Assembly: GCA_013265495.1 (NCBI GenBank)
Contig: MU058844.1
Coordinates: 8,369,260-8,433,259 of the forward strand
Origin: Vicugna vicugna
Taxonomy: Eukaryota
Reading direction: 5' to 3'
DNA length: 64,000 nt
Part shown: positions 1 through 11,719 of the stretch, piece after piece
Numbering within the stretch: position 1 is the first letter of the stretch
Layout: each line of letters starts with the position of its first letter
The notes under the pieces: model-generated
The model's database searches: none
What the model saw: the letters and a program-made list of their open reading frames with translations, nothing else
What the model was told of the DNA's origin: nothing
Made by a program: the position numbers and the translations under genes

Positions 1-424
1 CTATGGACTGTGCTGGGACATAGTAACTCATATGGCCTCTCTGAAGATCTCTCTGAAACCAAGAAATCTGTTGCCTAATTTAAAAAGGTTCAACCAGCTC
101 AGAGATGCACCACTTTAATTTTCTACGCCTTCTTCCCTACTTCACGTCTCTCTTTCCCTCATTCTTGCTTTATGGAACTGAACCACCTCGTAAAGTACTG
201 GTACCTCACATTTATTACTATGAGTTTATTTCCATTCTTGTTTTCTTTTTCTATTTTTCTGTAATTTTACTTCAGCGATGTAAAATTACAAGACTCCAGA
301 GGGACAGTAGGCAAACTTTCGTAATTAGTTTGCCATTCTGAACAGCATGTCAATGCCGCTATTTTAGGAGTTATGAGTATCACACTGGGCAAGTTCATGC
401 ATTTGGGCCAAGGCAAGAGTAACT

Positions 425-530
425 TTGGTTCATTCAGTTATTCAATGAATATTCATTTGTGATAAACCTATGCTAGATGCATGGGATTCAGAAATAAGAG
501 ATATGTTCTCATCCTCAAACTGATCATTTC
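425..530 (-). mobile_element. L2 LINE 3'-end fragment
   Basis: ttcattcagttattcaatgaatatt...ctatgctagatgc resembles the reverse complement of the L2 3' end. Confidence 0.5.
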
Positions 531-854
531 TAATGGAAATAGACATATTTTCTGAAGAAATACTCTGGTAATTTCTCAGTCGTAATACACATTTCTTGCA
601 GTTTAATTTTTGTCAAATCTCTTCCCAGAGCCTCTGTTCTGTCCTTATTTCTAGGAGCTACTAACCTGAAGGCTGGCCTTAACAGTCTTAATCACCTTTT
701 CTTTAGCTGTTTTTTTTTTTTTTAAACTTCTTTCTGCCATGGCTGAGAAATGACTGTTCATAACAAAGGGTGGAAATGATGCCAAAGGGAAAGTAACATT
801 TTTCTCTTGGTCTTTTTTCCTAATTTACTAAGCTATTGCATCCATTTTCTCATG

Positions 855-1010
855 TGTTTCTCACAACCCAGAAGGTTAACAGAGCGGGTGTTGTTTCTTC
901 GTTGTATAGCAGAGGAAATTAAGGCCCCGCAAGATGAACTATCTGGCTCAGGGGTAAAAAATGCAAAATCAGGCAAGAATTCCAGTCACATCTCTTGGAC
1001 CATTTTTCTC
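855..1010 (-). mobile_element. MIR SINE (degenerate)
   Basis: ctcacaacc...cagaggaaattaaggccc core similarity. Confidence 0.5.
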
Positions 1011-1584
1011 CAGTGACATTTTAATAGAGCTCCAAGGCCCAGGTGAGAGATGGAAAGACAGTACAGGAATCTCTCTGCCTTCTGTTCCTAGCACCCTCTA
1101 TGGACTCAGCTACGTGTGATCTCAGATGCAGAGACCAATTTCAGAATTTCCAGGATCAAAGGAAGAGTGAAAGAATCAGGCTCAGGAGTAAGAATACGGT
1201 GGCTCTGGGGGTCAGAGCAGCTCAGTTGTCCTGTAGATCCTGTTCTGATGGCTCCTTTCCCAAATCAATTAGCCCTTGCTTTCGGTCCCCCTATCTTTGC
1301 ATCAGGCTGTCCAGCTCACCTGCTGAGTCCCTGACATGTGTTGTGGGATCTCTTTACTTCCATTCACTTGGATGCCCACTTGTTATCTCATCCCTGCCAG
1401 ACAGGTTAGATATTTAATAAAAAATGTATTAAATCAGTACATGAATGAATACAAGTACATCCTAATCTGAAATTCTGCTTCAGTCTTATTTGTAAAACTT
1501 CAGTTCTGTCATTTCTTTCCCTTTCCCCTATTTCTTTAATTTCTCCTCTCATGTCTTGCCATGTTTGTTTTCATAGAAGAGCAG

Positions 1585-2040
1585 TAATTTGAGTTTTTTT
1601 GGTTGTAAGCAAAAGAAATGGATTTTGCTAGACTAAGCAAAAACTTTAAAAAACATAATAAAAAATAAATACATGTAAGTAACAGGGGGAAATTCAAAAA
1701 ATAGAAGGAAAAGTGAAAGAACCAGGCCCACTAGGAGCAAAAATGAGATGGCTCCAGGGATCCAAGTAGCTGAATTGGACGGACAGGCTTGTCAGCTTGC
1801 CGCTGCCACAGTGATTCAGCTTCCTCAGTTTTCTTGTCCTAGAATAAGTGTGTCAGGAGCCAAAGTCCCAGAGAGTGAGCCTGACCTGTCTAGCGTTGGG
1901 TCATATACTAAAGCCCTAGCTAGGGGACAACTTGACCAAACCGTCCCCTAAGATGGTAGACAATGGCAAGAATGAATTTCCCCAAGAGAGCTGAAAGTAT
2001 TGTGACAAAAATAAGGGGAAACAGATGGTAATCATCCAAT
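1585..2040 (-). mobile_element. Old MaLR/ERVL LTR (MLT1L-like)
   Basis: ttttggttgtaagcaaaagaaa...ctaagcaaaa start and ggggaaacagatgg end resemble old MLT1 LTRs. Confidence 0.45.
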
Positions 2041-2092
2041 TTGCAGAGTATACTGGCAAGAGCAAGGAGCAGGAATTAGAAAAACTGGGTTC

Positions 2093-2257
2093 TTATACTG
2101 GGTACATATACATACATATATTCGTTTTCATATTCTTTTTCATGCAGGTTACTACAAGACATTAAATATAGTTCCCTGTTCTATAACAGAAGGAACTTGA
2201 CACAACATTGTAAACTGATATACTTCAATTTAAAAAATAATAATAAAAGAAAAAGAA
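2093..2257 (+). mobile_element. Short 5'-inverted L1 3'-end insertion inside a MIR
   Basis: Antisense L1 3'UTR (about 2105-2185) joined to the sense terminus gacacaacattgtaaactga..tacttcaatt and an A-tail. TSD aaaaactgggttc at 2080-2092 and 2258-2270. Confidence 0.8.
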
Positions 2258-3284
2258 AAAAACTGGGTTCACATTTTAGCATTTCTATTACTCAGCATGC
2301 TGTTTCATTTCCTGCAGCTCCATTTCCTCATCTACAAAATACGAAGCTTGGGTAGATGATAACTACTATTCCTTTTTTTGGCTGGAAACTGTTTTTCCAA
2401 CTTCACAGAGTTCTTCCCAGGTAAGTAAACAAGTTTATACCCTACTGGTTTTATCGACCTAAAGCATTTTCTCTGCTTCTATTCAGAAGTATCATTAATA
2501 CATCCCTCACGTCACACACCTTTGAAGTCTTCTTCCTTCTCACCCATGCTCACCATTCTGTGCTGACCCCAATATATCTCCTAAGTCCTGGCCTTCTCTT
2601 GTACACCTCATTCTCTTCTGATACATGATATTTTGTCCCTTTAATATTGTCTATGAAGTGCTTTCTTAATTTCTTTTCCTACCAACAACATAGAATACAG
2701 AAGCTACTGGTTTCTTTCTTCATTTTTTTCAAAGGACTTTGTCAAACTGACAGTAACATTTTCAATACTATTTTTCTCACCTAGATTAATATAACCCTTT
2801 TTTTTAAAACAGTTCTATTTTCTCTGTTTTATTCACAACAGACATTGAATTGGTCCTGAATAAAAAGTTGAGACATCTAGTTTCCCCACCTTCTTCATAC
2901 TTTGTTAATGTGAATTCCAGCAGTCATTTATTTTTTAATTCTTTCAACAGTTATGTGGATTGGAGCTGAACTGATTCTATGTGTTGCCACTGAGCTAAAT
3001 AAATAATTCCTTCCTTCTCATGTACTATTCATTTTGTATTAGCCACTAAATTAAGCTCTGTTACAAACGCAAAAGATATACATGGAATAGTCACTACCTT
3101 GTAGGATCTTAAATTCTAAGCTCCTTAAAATACAAAACTGAATATAATGAATATCCTAAGGCAGTAGCCACACAATGTAAAGAAGAGAGAAATTATCTCC
3201 ATTCAGGTGAGCAGAGAAGGCTTCATGGGACAAGGAAATATTTGCACTAGAATCCAGATAAAGAGAGAACTAGTCTCCCACCCT

Positions 3285-3790
3285 CACCTCTCGCTCCCCA
3301 ACAATCTACTCCCAGAGAGGAACAATGACTAACAAGTTAATTGATTCCTGACTGTTTTGCGTCCAACCTTCCAATGACTTATCATTGTGCTGGGGATAAA
3401 TCTCCACCTCTTGCTGTGGCTCACAGACCCTCCATGATCTGGTCTTTTCTCCTACTATTCTGACACTCACCTATCATTTTCCAGCTGTTCTGGCCTTCTT
3501 TCTACATCTTGGATACAGCAAAGGACATTTGCTTTAGGACACTTACTCTTGCTGGTTGTTAGCCCAGAACTCTCTGCCCCCATATCTTGATAGGACTGGT
3601 GTTTTCTGGTCATTTAGATCTCACCCCAACATCACAGTGTCAGTGAGGGCTTCCATGACCCCAGTCCAGATCACTGTGTCTCTATGATTCTATTGCATTC
3701 TACTTTGTTTCTGTCAAGCTCCCTGAAATTTTCATGCTCATTCATTTGCTTATTTTTCAAATTTCTGCTTTCCTTTGACTAGAATTTTAT
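3285..3790 (+). mobile_element. L2 LINE fragment
   Basis: ccttccaatgactt...ctccatgatctgg...tttagatctca... follows the L2a consensus order. Confidence 0.65.
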
Positions 3791-5304
3791 CAGTAGCTTT
3801 TATTGTGTGATGGGCCTTTATGTGGGAGAGCACTATTCACTGATATTTGGCTTTATTAGTATGTAGTTTATTAACCTTACAATTATGGTAAATAGTTTAA
3901 TTTCTATAAATACTACTTATAGAAATTAATGAAACAAAATGTATGAATTTAACAAAGTAAATTTCTCCAAACTTTTAAATATTGTTTATCAAAAAAAATC
4001 TTCCGAACATTTTGTATTTTGGGTTACTTTCAATGTCTTAAACACTTTCAAAGATAGACAACGCATTACTACAATAATTACAAAATTAATAAACACATTC
4101 ATATTAAACCAGGAATAAATTTAAATATTATTATATATTACATTATTATATATATGCTATATATAATATTATTTTTGTCTTTATTATTTCATATCTTATC
4201 TTCCTAGGTTTCCACAAAAATCTCTGCATGGGGTTTTGATAATCTTTCCAGATCTTTAAGAAAATGGTATCATTTTAGCCTAATCAGGTTTTGAAATGAG
4301 TTATGAAAAGTTTAATTCTTGGTTGGGACATAGCCCTGGCTGGGCCATCTAAGGTGATTTCCAGGTTGCTAATCAGTACTAAATTCCTTTTTTATAGTAA
4401 AATTCTAACCATTACCCGGTGACATTTTTCATTTTTTTGTGTTTTGTTTATAAAGTTTAAATTTTTTGAGACTTGGTACCTTTCAAAGAAGTAAGGAATT
4501 CTTCTAAGTTTTATCTCACCCATTGCGCTGTCATGTTGATATATTAGTGTGGTTTGTCAGTACTATTAAAATCTTATATATTTATTAGCAGTATTTTATT
4601 TTAATTAGTTGGACCATCAAGAATTGTCAGCTCCTAGGAGATGAGGGATTGTGTCTGCAAAGTCAGCTTTACTCTTTTGTACATTTGGTTAATTTATCAT
4701 TTTAGAACACAGTGTTGAACCCTCCTTTTACTTTATTATTGTATATGACCAGTGAAGCTGATTAGCTGTGGCCACCCTTTGAATGTGATTAATTATATGT
4801 GCTGATCAGGCTTTCCTCTTCTTGCTACTGAATCTACGTTTACTGGGATAGCTTGGCTTTCTTATGTACAATTTTGATCACAAGAGAAAATCAATAAACG
4901 CCTTAAGAGAAATAGAGAGCAAAAGATAAAAAATAAAGAAAAGAAGTAAGATGTTAAAAAGTATTTGAGAGACATTGATGGTTATCAATGGCAGAAAAGG
5001 AAGACCAAACACACACATAAAAAGGAGATCCTGAGGACAAAAACTAAAGCAGTGGAAGAGAACAAATATTAGAAAACATACATCAAGGGAACTTTTTTTG
5101 AAACCAAAGATGGCTAGAAACTACCAATTGGAAGAGCAGCTGAATTCATTCCTGCTTATGAAACAGCTCATTCTCTTCTCAGCTTGTGTATTTCTTGTGA
5201 TACTTCACCAGATGCAGTCAATGGAACTATTTGCTCCTAACATTTAGTCTTTCAACTTCTTCCACTAAGGCTTCAATTACAATACTAATTCCTGGTACTA
5301 AGAC

Positions 5305-5690
5305 TGTATTAGCCAGGATAGACCAGACGATGCTGTGGTTACTAACAATCCCCAAATTTCAGTGGCTTAAACAATAAAGCTTTTTCTTTTTTTTCTCATG
5401 TTTTGTCTCTCTTGCAGATCAACTGGAGGCTCTGCTTTATGGTTTTCTTATTCTAGAATCCAGATGAAGATCTGGACCACTGCCAGCAGTCAAGACAAAG
5501 GATGAGAGTTCCCAAGGACCTTGGATCAATAATTAAATGGGCAATTTGGGAGGGATTCATGTCTTATTGATCCTTAATTTACAAAAACTAATATCATGGC
5601 CCTATCTAAACATGACATGGTCAGGAAATATATTCCTATCCTGGAAGAGGGGTGAAACAGTATTACCAAACAACACTCATGATCTTCAAT
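5305..5690 (-). mobile_element. MLT1 (J/K-like) MaLR LTR
   Basis: tgtattagccaggata...aacaatccccaaatttcagtggcttaaacaataaag terminus. Confidence 0.65.
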
Positions 5691-5944
5691 GTAATTGGAC
5701 ACAAGTGCTATTTTATACTATGCTTTTATCACATAACAGTATTTTAGAATTCTTCCTATCAGCAAAACTTTGTATCATTTTTCATAGCCTCATTAGTAAC
5801 CCATTATACACATAATAATCATTGATTTAGCCTTTCTGCTGCTGGTGAATATTTAGAAGGTTTTGCTATAAATATCATTATATTGAACACCTCTGTACAT
5901 AAATCTCTTTGTATAAGTCAAAGTGTATCTTTAAGATATAAGAA

Positions 5945-6520
5945 AGAAAAAGGCAGCCCGACATCACCGACAGATAGGCTTCAGTGTTGTTTGAAGCTAG
6001 CAAGGCACTCACAGCTGGACCATATTGTTCTTGTGTTGGACATAAACAATCTCACAGAACACCAACATCAAACAAGTTCACTCTGAAACCATCCTAAAAT
6101 TAGTCTAAATAAGACCACTTCATAATTTTCTCTAAGCACAGACAAAAACAAGGTCACTGCACAAACACCACAAAATACCAGTATCTCTTCTGCTTAATAA
6201 GACTGGTTACTGTTTCTTTACTGATTACAGCTTTTGCTTCATTCTAGTCTACCTTTCCTCTAGGTAAGATTGAGATACTCAATCATAGACTGGTCCTGAC
6301 TTTCTGACAGCACCCAATCCAGAGCAAAGTCTCACTTCTTGGATTCTCCCCCAAAGCATCCAATCAAAGATGAAATCTTGTAACAGGGAGTTAGAAATGA
6401 ACCCTCTCACTGAGGCATCTCACCACTTCCTGTAGTACACATTCTGTTTTGCTGTAACAAGTCATAAATCCAACTAGTTCAACACCAGGCATGTTCCTGG
6501 TACAAAGACATTGGCAGGTA
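5945..6520 (+). mobile_element. ERV1-type solo LTR (MER31/MER67-like) interrupting an old antisense L1
   Basis: LTR-like body ending in a ...cataaatccaactagttcaacacc U5-like segment. Antisense L1ME-type sequence flanks it at about 5700-5940 and 6525-7050. Confidence 0.5.
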
Positions 6521-7419
6521 CGATCCTTGAAGTTAAATTACACAGCAGTAAGGTAGTACAATTTTGAGCAAAACTGGCAATTGTCCTTTAAAAAGACTGC
6601 ACCCATCAAAGATGTGTGAAAAGGTCTATTTCCTTACAGCTTTGTATAAAACCAATTTTAAAAAAATTTTTGCTAATCTAATAATATGAAAAGTAATGTC
6701 CACTTTTGATTTATATTTCTTTAATTATAACTGAAGTTAAGCATCTTTTCATATTTTAAGCCATTTTTCCTCTTAATAACTTACACTCAGTTTCCTATTG
6801 GGTTTGTCTTTCCTTTTGATTTGTAAGTGTTCTTTCAGCATTAAGGATATTTTTTCCCTTGTGTGTCATATGAGTTATAACTGTGTTACCAGTTAGTTAC
6901 TTGCCTTATTGTTAATAAAATTGTTTTACTGTAGACATGTAGTTTTATGTAAAATTTTTTTCTCCTTTATGGCTTCTGATTTTCTATGTTACCTAGTTCT
7001 CACTTTAAAATTATAAAAATAAAAAGTATCCCATGTTCTCTTCTAATACTTTTAGAGCAGGTATTTTCTGTTCTTATACTTCCCCCCGACAGCAAATGCC
7101 TTTGATCCTCATGCCTTCCACATTGACAATTTCACAATTATTAGTGCTATCTTTTCTTAGTTTGTTCCTACTAATTTGGTGTTTTACTTTCAGTTTCTTT
7201 AAAAGCTTCCCCTGGTCTGGTGCATAACTATTGTTTATGATTCTGTTTTTTTCCCTTTCTCTACAGCAGTAATCCCTAAAGAAAATAGTGAGAAACTACT
7301 CTGCCATTCTCAGCTATGTATTATTGGGTAAGTCTGCTCCAGAGAAGCCCTCGAAACTCTCAATGGCTTGAGTTGAATAGTGATTGCATCTCCTGGCCAT
7401 TATGGTCCAAAATAGGGCC

Positions 7420-7830
7420 AAGGGCCTCACTGGAGATAGTTACATACAAGGGACACTTTTTTGCCCTTTTTAGAAGGAGGAATTTACTCTCTCTTCTGCA
7501 GGAGCTAAAGAACCCTTCTTCTCTTAGTAGGTATGGTGTGAAGATGTGAAGCTTGGAACAAGGCAGCTACTTTTCAACTCTAATGGACAAGCTTGAATTT
7601 ACTGAGGTTTCCATGTGAACCCTGAAGGGTAAGGCAGACACACCTTGGAAGGCTGAGGGAAGGACTAGAGAGAAACAATGCTGACATTGTTGGAATTGCT
7701 AGATCCAGCCCTGCCTGAATCTAGTCTTACATCTGGATTTTTCACTTAGGTGAGATAATAAATATGTCTCCCTTTAAAAAGCCAATGGAAGTTGCATTTT
7801 ATGTCATTTGTAACCAAAGAACTCCTGATG
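7420..7830 (+). mobile_element. LTR16-like ERVL LTR
   Basis: gatccagccctgcctgaa...aataaat...gtcatttgtaaccaaagaactcctga 3' end. Confidence 0.55.
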
Positions 7831-7949
7831 CATTTTTTTCTTTCTGTCTATTATCTGTTAATGTTTCTAAAAGTTCTGCCTTCTAATTTCATTTCACTCT
7901 AAGTCAGAGCTGCCCCTGGTGGGCTATGTTCTGATTCTGGCTTATAGCT

Positions 7950-7975
7950 ACACACACACACACACACACACACAC
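7950..7975 (+). repeat. (AC)13 microsatellite
   Basis: Perfect dinucleotide run. Confidence 0.95.
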
Positions 7976-10875
7976 TACTGCCTTACACTGGGCACATGTC
8001 CCTTTGTTTACTCACCTGTCTGGTTTCCCTGGGTTTTTGGGTTTGTGATCCTGATCTACAGCATGGTAGATAAGAGGTATGAAGAAGAGGAGGGAGTTCA
8101 GGCTTGTTTCCATGTAGAATAAGAAAATAATGACCCCTATAGGATATCTTCACTACTTTAGAGTAATCTCTATTTGTCTTTCTCAAAGTATTCAGTGAAT
8201 TGCCAGCCCTACAGGGAGTCCTTAATAAAAAGATTAATTGAAAAATTAAGAATTTCTTTTCCAAAGTCTGTGAAATGCAAAGCTAGTTAAAATAAGAAGT
8301 CTTAAAGTTATTTTCTCTCTGCTTAATTTGATACATTATATATGCATAAAAACCCATCTCATAATTGAATGATACTTTAATGAACGTGCTAATGGTGGCA
8401 TAAAGCTTTTAAATTTAAAAAGATCTAAAAATATCTCTCCATTCTTATTTCTAACACATTCTACTTTATATAAATCCAGCTTGACTGAGTCTAAATGACA
8501 CTCAGTGGCACACTTTAGTTCTTTACAAAAGGCTGCACTAACAAGCAAATGTAATCGCAAGATGCTATCAGCCTTCCAAGCAGGAGAAAGAAATCAGTCC
8601 TAGGCTGGAGACATGTCTGGGAGGATTGCTTGCCCTCTCTAAGTCAAAGAGGACAGGGATATTTTCTAAGCGAGTCTGATTTCTGTCCTGGTAAATGACC
8701 AGGCACCCTGACCCTTGGTGGATTACAACTGGCAGTTATAAAAAGCAGCATTATACAGATAAGAGCTTTTATTTCTAAAATAAAAATCTATCATACTGAA
8801 AATAGGGGTATTTGAGTAATATATATATATCTAGAAAGTATTTTTAATATATACCTCTACATTATGTGTGAAAGTGTACTTTCATAAATATTTCTATAAA
8901 TATTTTATAAACATTATTCATGTATCATGTTCTTATAAGAAAGATATGTTTCTTTCTTTGTGTTAAGATTCAAGGTCAAGATTAAGGTTAAGGACATAAA
9001 TTCTGTTCAGTGTTCAAAATCTAATCATTTCATTGATCAGTTTGAATATGAAGTTGGACATGAGAAAGGGGAAAAGTGAAGTCAAAGGCTCCTGAATCCT
9101 AATAATAGGATGCCATCACTGAGTACTTACTGTATGGCAGTACAGTATCGAAAACGCTCTATTTTTTATGGAGCCCTTCCAAAACATCCTTATTAATCCC
9201 ACTTTCCTTGCCCGAGGACTCTAGAAGAGTTTAAATTGTTGATTTATGGGCATGTGGTCTTTGTCAGGAATCCTGCCCCAGAGATCAAGAGGAAGATATT
9301 CATGAGGAGAATGCAAGTAGGAGATGTTGTTATGCACTAGCCCGTGCAGTCGCATGCTCCTTTCTCTAGTGTTTCCATGTAGTTAAGTCTAACGCAAACA
9401 CTGCAGGCCAGGTGAGCCTCACTAATTTATATGCTGCCTTTCTGCAAATTAGAAAAAGGACTCCTCTCTGGGCAGGCAGGCCAGGAAGGGCTGGCCACAG
9501 GAACATGAGTTGTATTTCCACCAACACTAGCTCACTTTGTCAGGCGCCCTTGTGCAGAACACAACCTAGCATACCATTTCCTGTTTCTCGGCTGAGGAAA
9601 AATACAGGGAAAATGAGGATAATCCAACAAAGCTGAAGCAGGGGCCCCTGAGGTCATGATGGCAGTGGCACAATGAGTCATCGTGACCTTCAAGAGAAGC
9701 TGAATCACAAGGTCAGTCTACGGATCTGTGACCCCTGTTCATGTAGAGATTGTTTTTCATTTGAGAGACTTGGGAAGCCCAAATTTACTTTTATCAAAGA
9801 AGTTATAGGGGTCGTTTAGTTACAGAGGCTGTCTTTTAGAAGAAAAGGACCTCAAATAGATTAGAAGTAAACTACAGGGATATGAAAAAGCAAAGAGATT
9901 GTCAACTGGTTAACTACAAACTATGGAAGTTTGCACCATGATCTACTTGGAACGCTTCCTAGAGAAGAGGTGATTCAAAGAGTCAAAGAAGCAGAAATAG
10001 TAAGATCAGTGTGAGGAAATTTTGACCAGGTACATTGAAGACCCCTGGAAATGGTACAGTGGACAAGGATATTCAGACAAAAGAGAGACTGAGTGATATG
10101 GGAGCACTGAATACAAACAACTTGAAAAAAATTTATGCTAATGATGTCTATCCATCAAGTCCCATCTTGATTGCGTGCTGTTTGGTTTTTACCAAATCAT
10201 TTGCCCTCTCTGAGCTTTTGTTTATTGACCTATAAAAGAACACTGAGGATTAAAAGAAATGTAAGAACAACATCCACCCACTTCTGATGATTAAATCAAA
10301 CGAGGTGTATTGAAGTGCTTTGTAACCTGTGATGCACTATGTCAAGTGGTATATCTTTTTATAATTTATCATTTATTTAAACAGCCTCTGCCCATAAGGC
10401 AGTATGTCAGATCCTGAAGGATGTCAACTGCCAACTCTCTCAAAAAACCTAGGTAACCACTTGGATAACAAAGCAACATTAAGTCATTATGATATTATTA
10501 TACTACTATTGTTATTGTATTATTATATTATACTATAGTAATATACTGCTAGTATATCACATCAGTGAAGTCTTAATAGGAACTCTGAAGGAAGAGGTCA
10601 GAGACAGATATTTATGGGGGTTAAAGTCTGGGCTCCTTGGTTTAATCCTGGTCTTTCAAGGCAGGGATTTGTTTGGGATTGGGAAAATTTCATGATACAA
10701 ATAGTTTAAGATTGGTGGTCATAGACAGGTGAGGATATTGAAGTGATTTTTGATGAGTAAACGATTATTTCATCATCAAGCCGCTGGCCAGATGAGCAAT
10801 CTCTTGTCCTAAGAAGGCAACTGGTGGAATAGTTTATTTTTCTGAATGAATTTTCTTTAAGTTCCTGAAGTAAGC

Positions 10876-11391
10876 TGGAGAGTAGCAGAATGTATGCCTA
10901 CCAGAATATGCCTCTTTAGTATAATGATTATTTTGCACTGATCATTTTTAAGAAACTGCAGACACTGGAGAAGCCCTGAAAACAGAGTAGCAGTTACCCC
11001 GCTCTGTAAGGAAAATCTCCATTTATAAAGGAAATTTATGTGAGAAGGGGGTCTATACCTGGAAAAGAGCTATTACCAGAGAGAATCTTTTTTACCTGAC
11101 TTACCTGGAAAGCAGGATAACCTTTATTTATCTAACATTTGCTCCCTCCACCTTTCCGTGAATAGCCCTGCCCCCTTTGAAGCCTCAGTCCGCTACTTGC
11201 TGTCCCTTTCCTTTGCTCTAGAAGCCTCTGTCGCCTGCCTACGTTTTAAGTCTCATATCTTTGTGGAGCTCCCCTATGTGTGTACATAATTAAAAAATTT
11301 TTTTTCTCTTGTTAATCTGACTTTTATTACAAGGGGATTCTCAGCCAAGAACTGTGAAGGATAGAAGGAAAATTAATTTTCCTCCTCTACA
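10876..11391 (+). mobile_element. MER34-like ERV1 solo LTR
   Basis: TG...CA ends; 4-bp TSD aagc at 10872-10875 and 11392-11395; agaatatgcctcttt...gattatttt start resembles MER34. Confidence 0.75.
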
Positions 11392-11565
11392 AAGCAATGA
11401 AGTAATCTGGTTTATAGCCTTATCTTCCCAGAAAAAAAAAAAAAAAACAGTAAAGTCATATTGACATAGGCAGTCTTACTTCTGTTGCAATAAACCATCC
11501 AGGCCCAAGATGGAGCTGCTCCTGCCAAAGTGCCATGTCAGCAAATCAGAATTTATAAAACTTTT

Positions 11566-11719
11566 GGGGGGAGGGTAATAGCTTAGCAGTAGAGTGCATG
11601 CTTAGCATGCATGAGGTCCTGGGTTCAATCCCCAGTACTCCAGCTAAACATAAATAAATAAATAAACCTAATTACCCCCCCCAATAATAAAAATGAGTAA
11701 ATAAAATTTAAAAAAAAAT
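11566..11719 (+). mobile_element. Vic-1-type camelid tRNA(Ala)-derived SINE
   Basis: ggggagggtaatagcttagcagtagagtgcatgcttagcatgcatgaggtcctgggttcaatcccc head with Pol III A/B boxes, then (taaa)n, cctaattacccc and an A-rich tail. Confidence 0.85.

Noticed and set aside
10486..10556. TAT/TAC-rich stretch giving a Tyr/Ile-rich ORF
   Set aside because: Degenerate low-complexity repeat.
11570..11645. tRNA-Ala-like sequence
   Set aside because: It is a SINE head: degenerate acceptor stem, followed by SINE body and A-tail. The same applies to 36910-36983.
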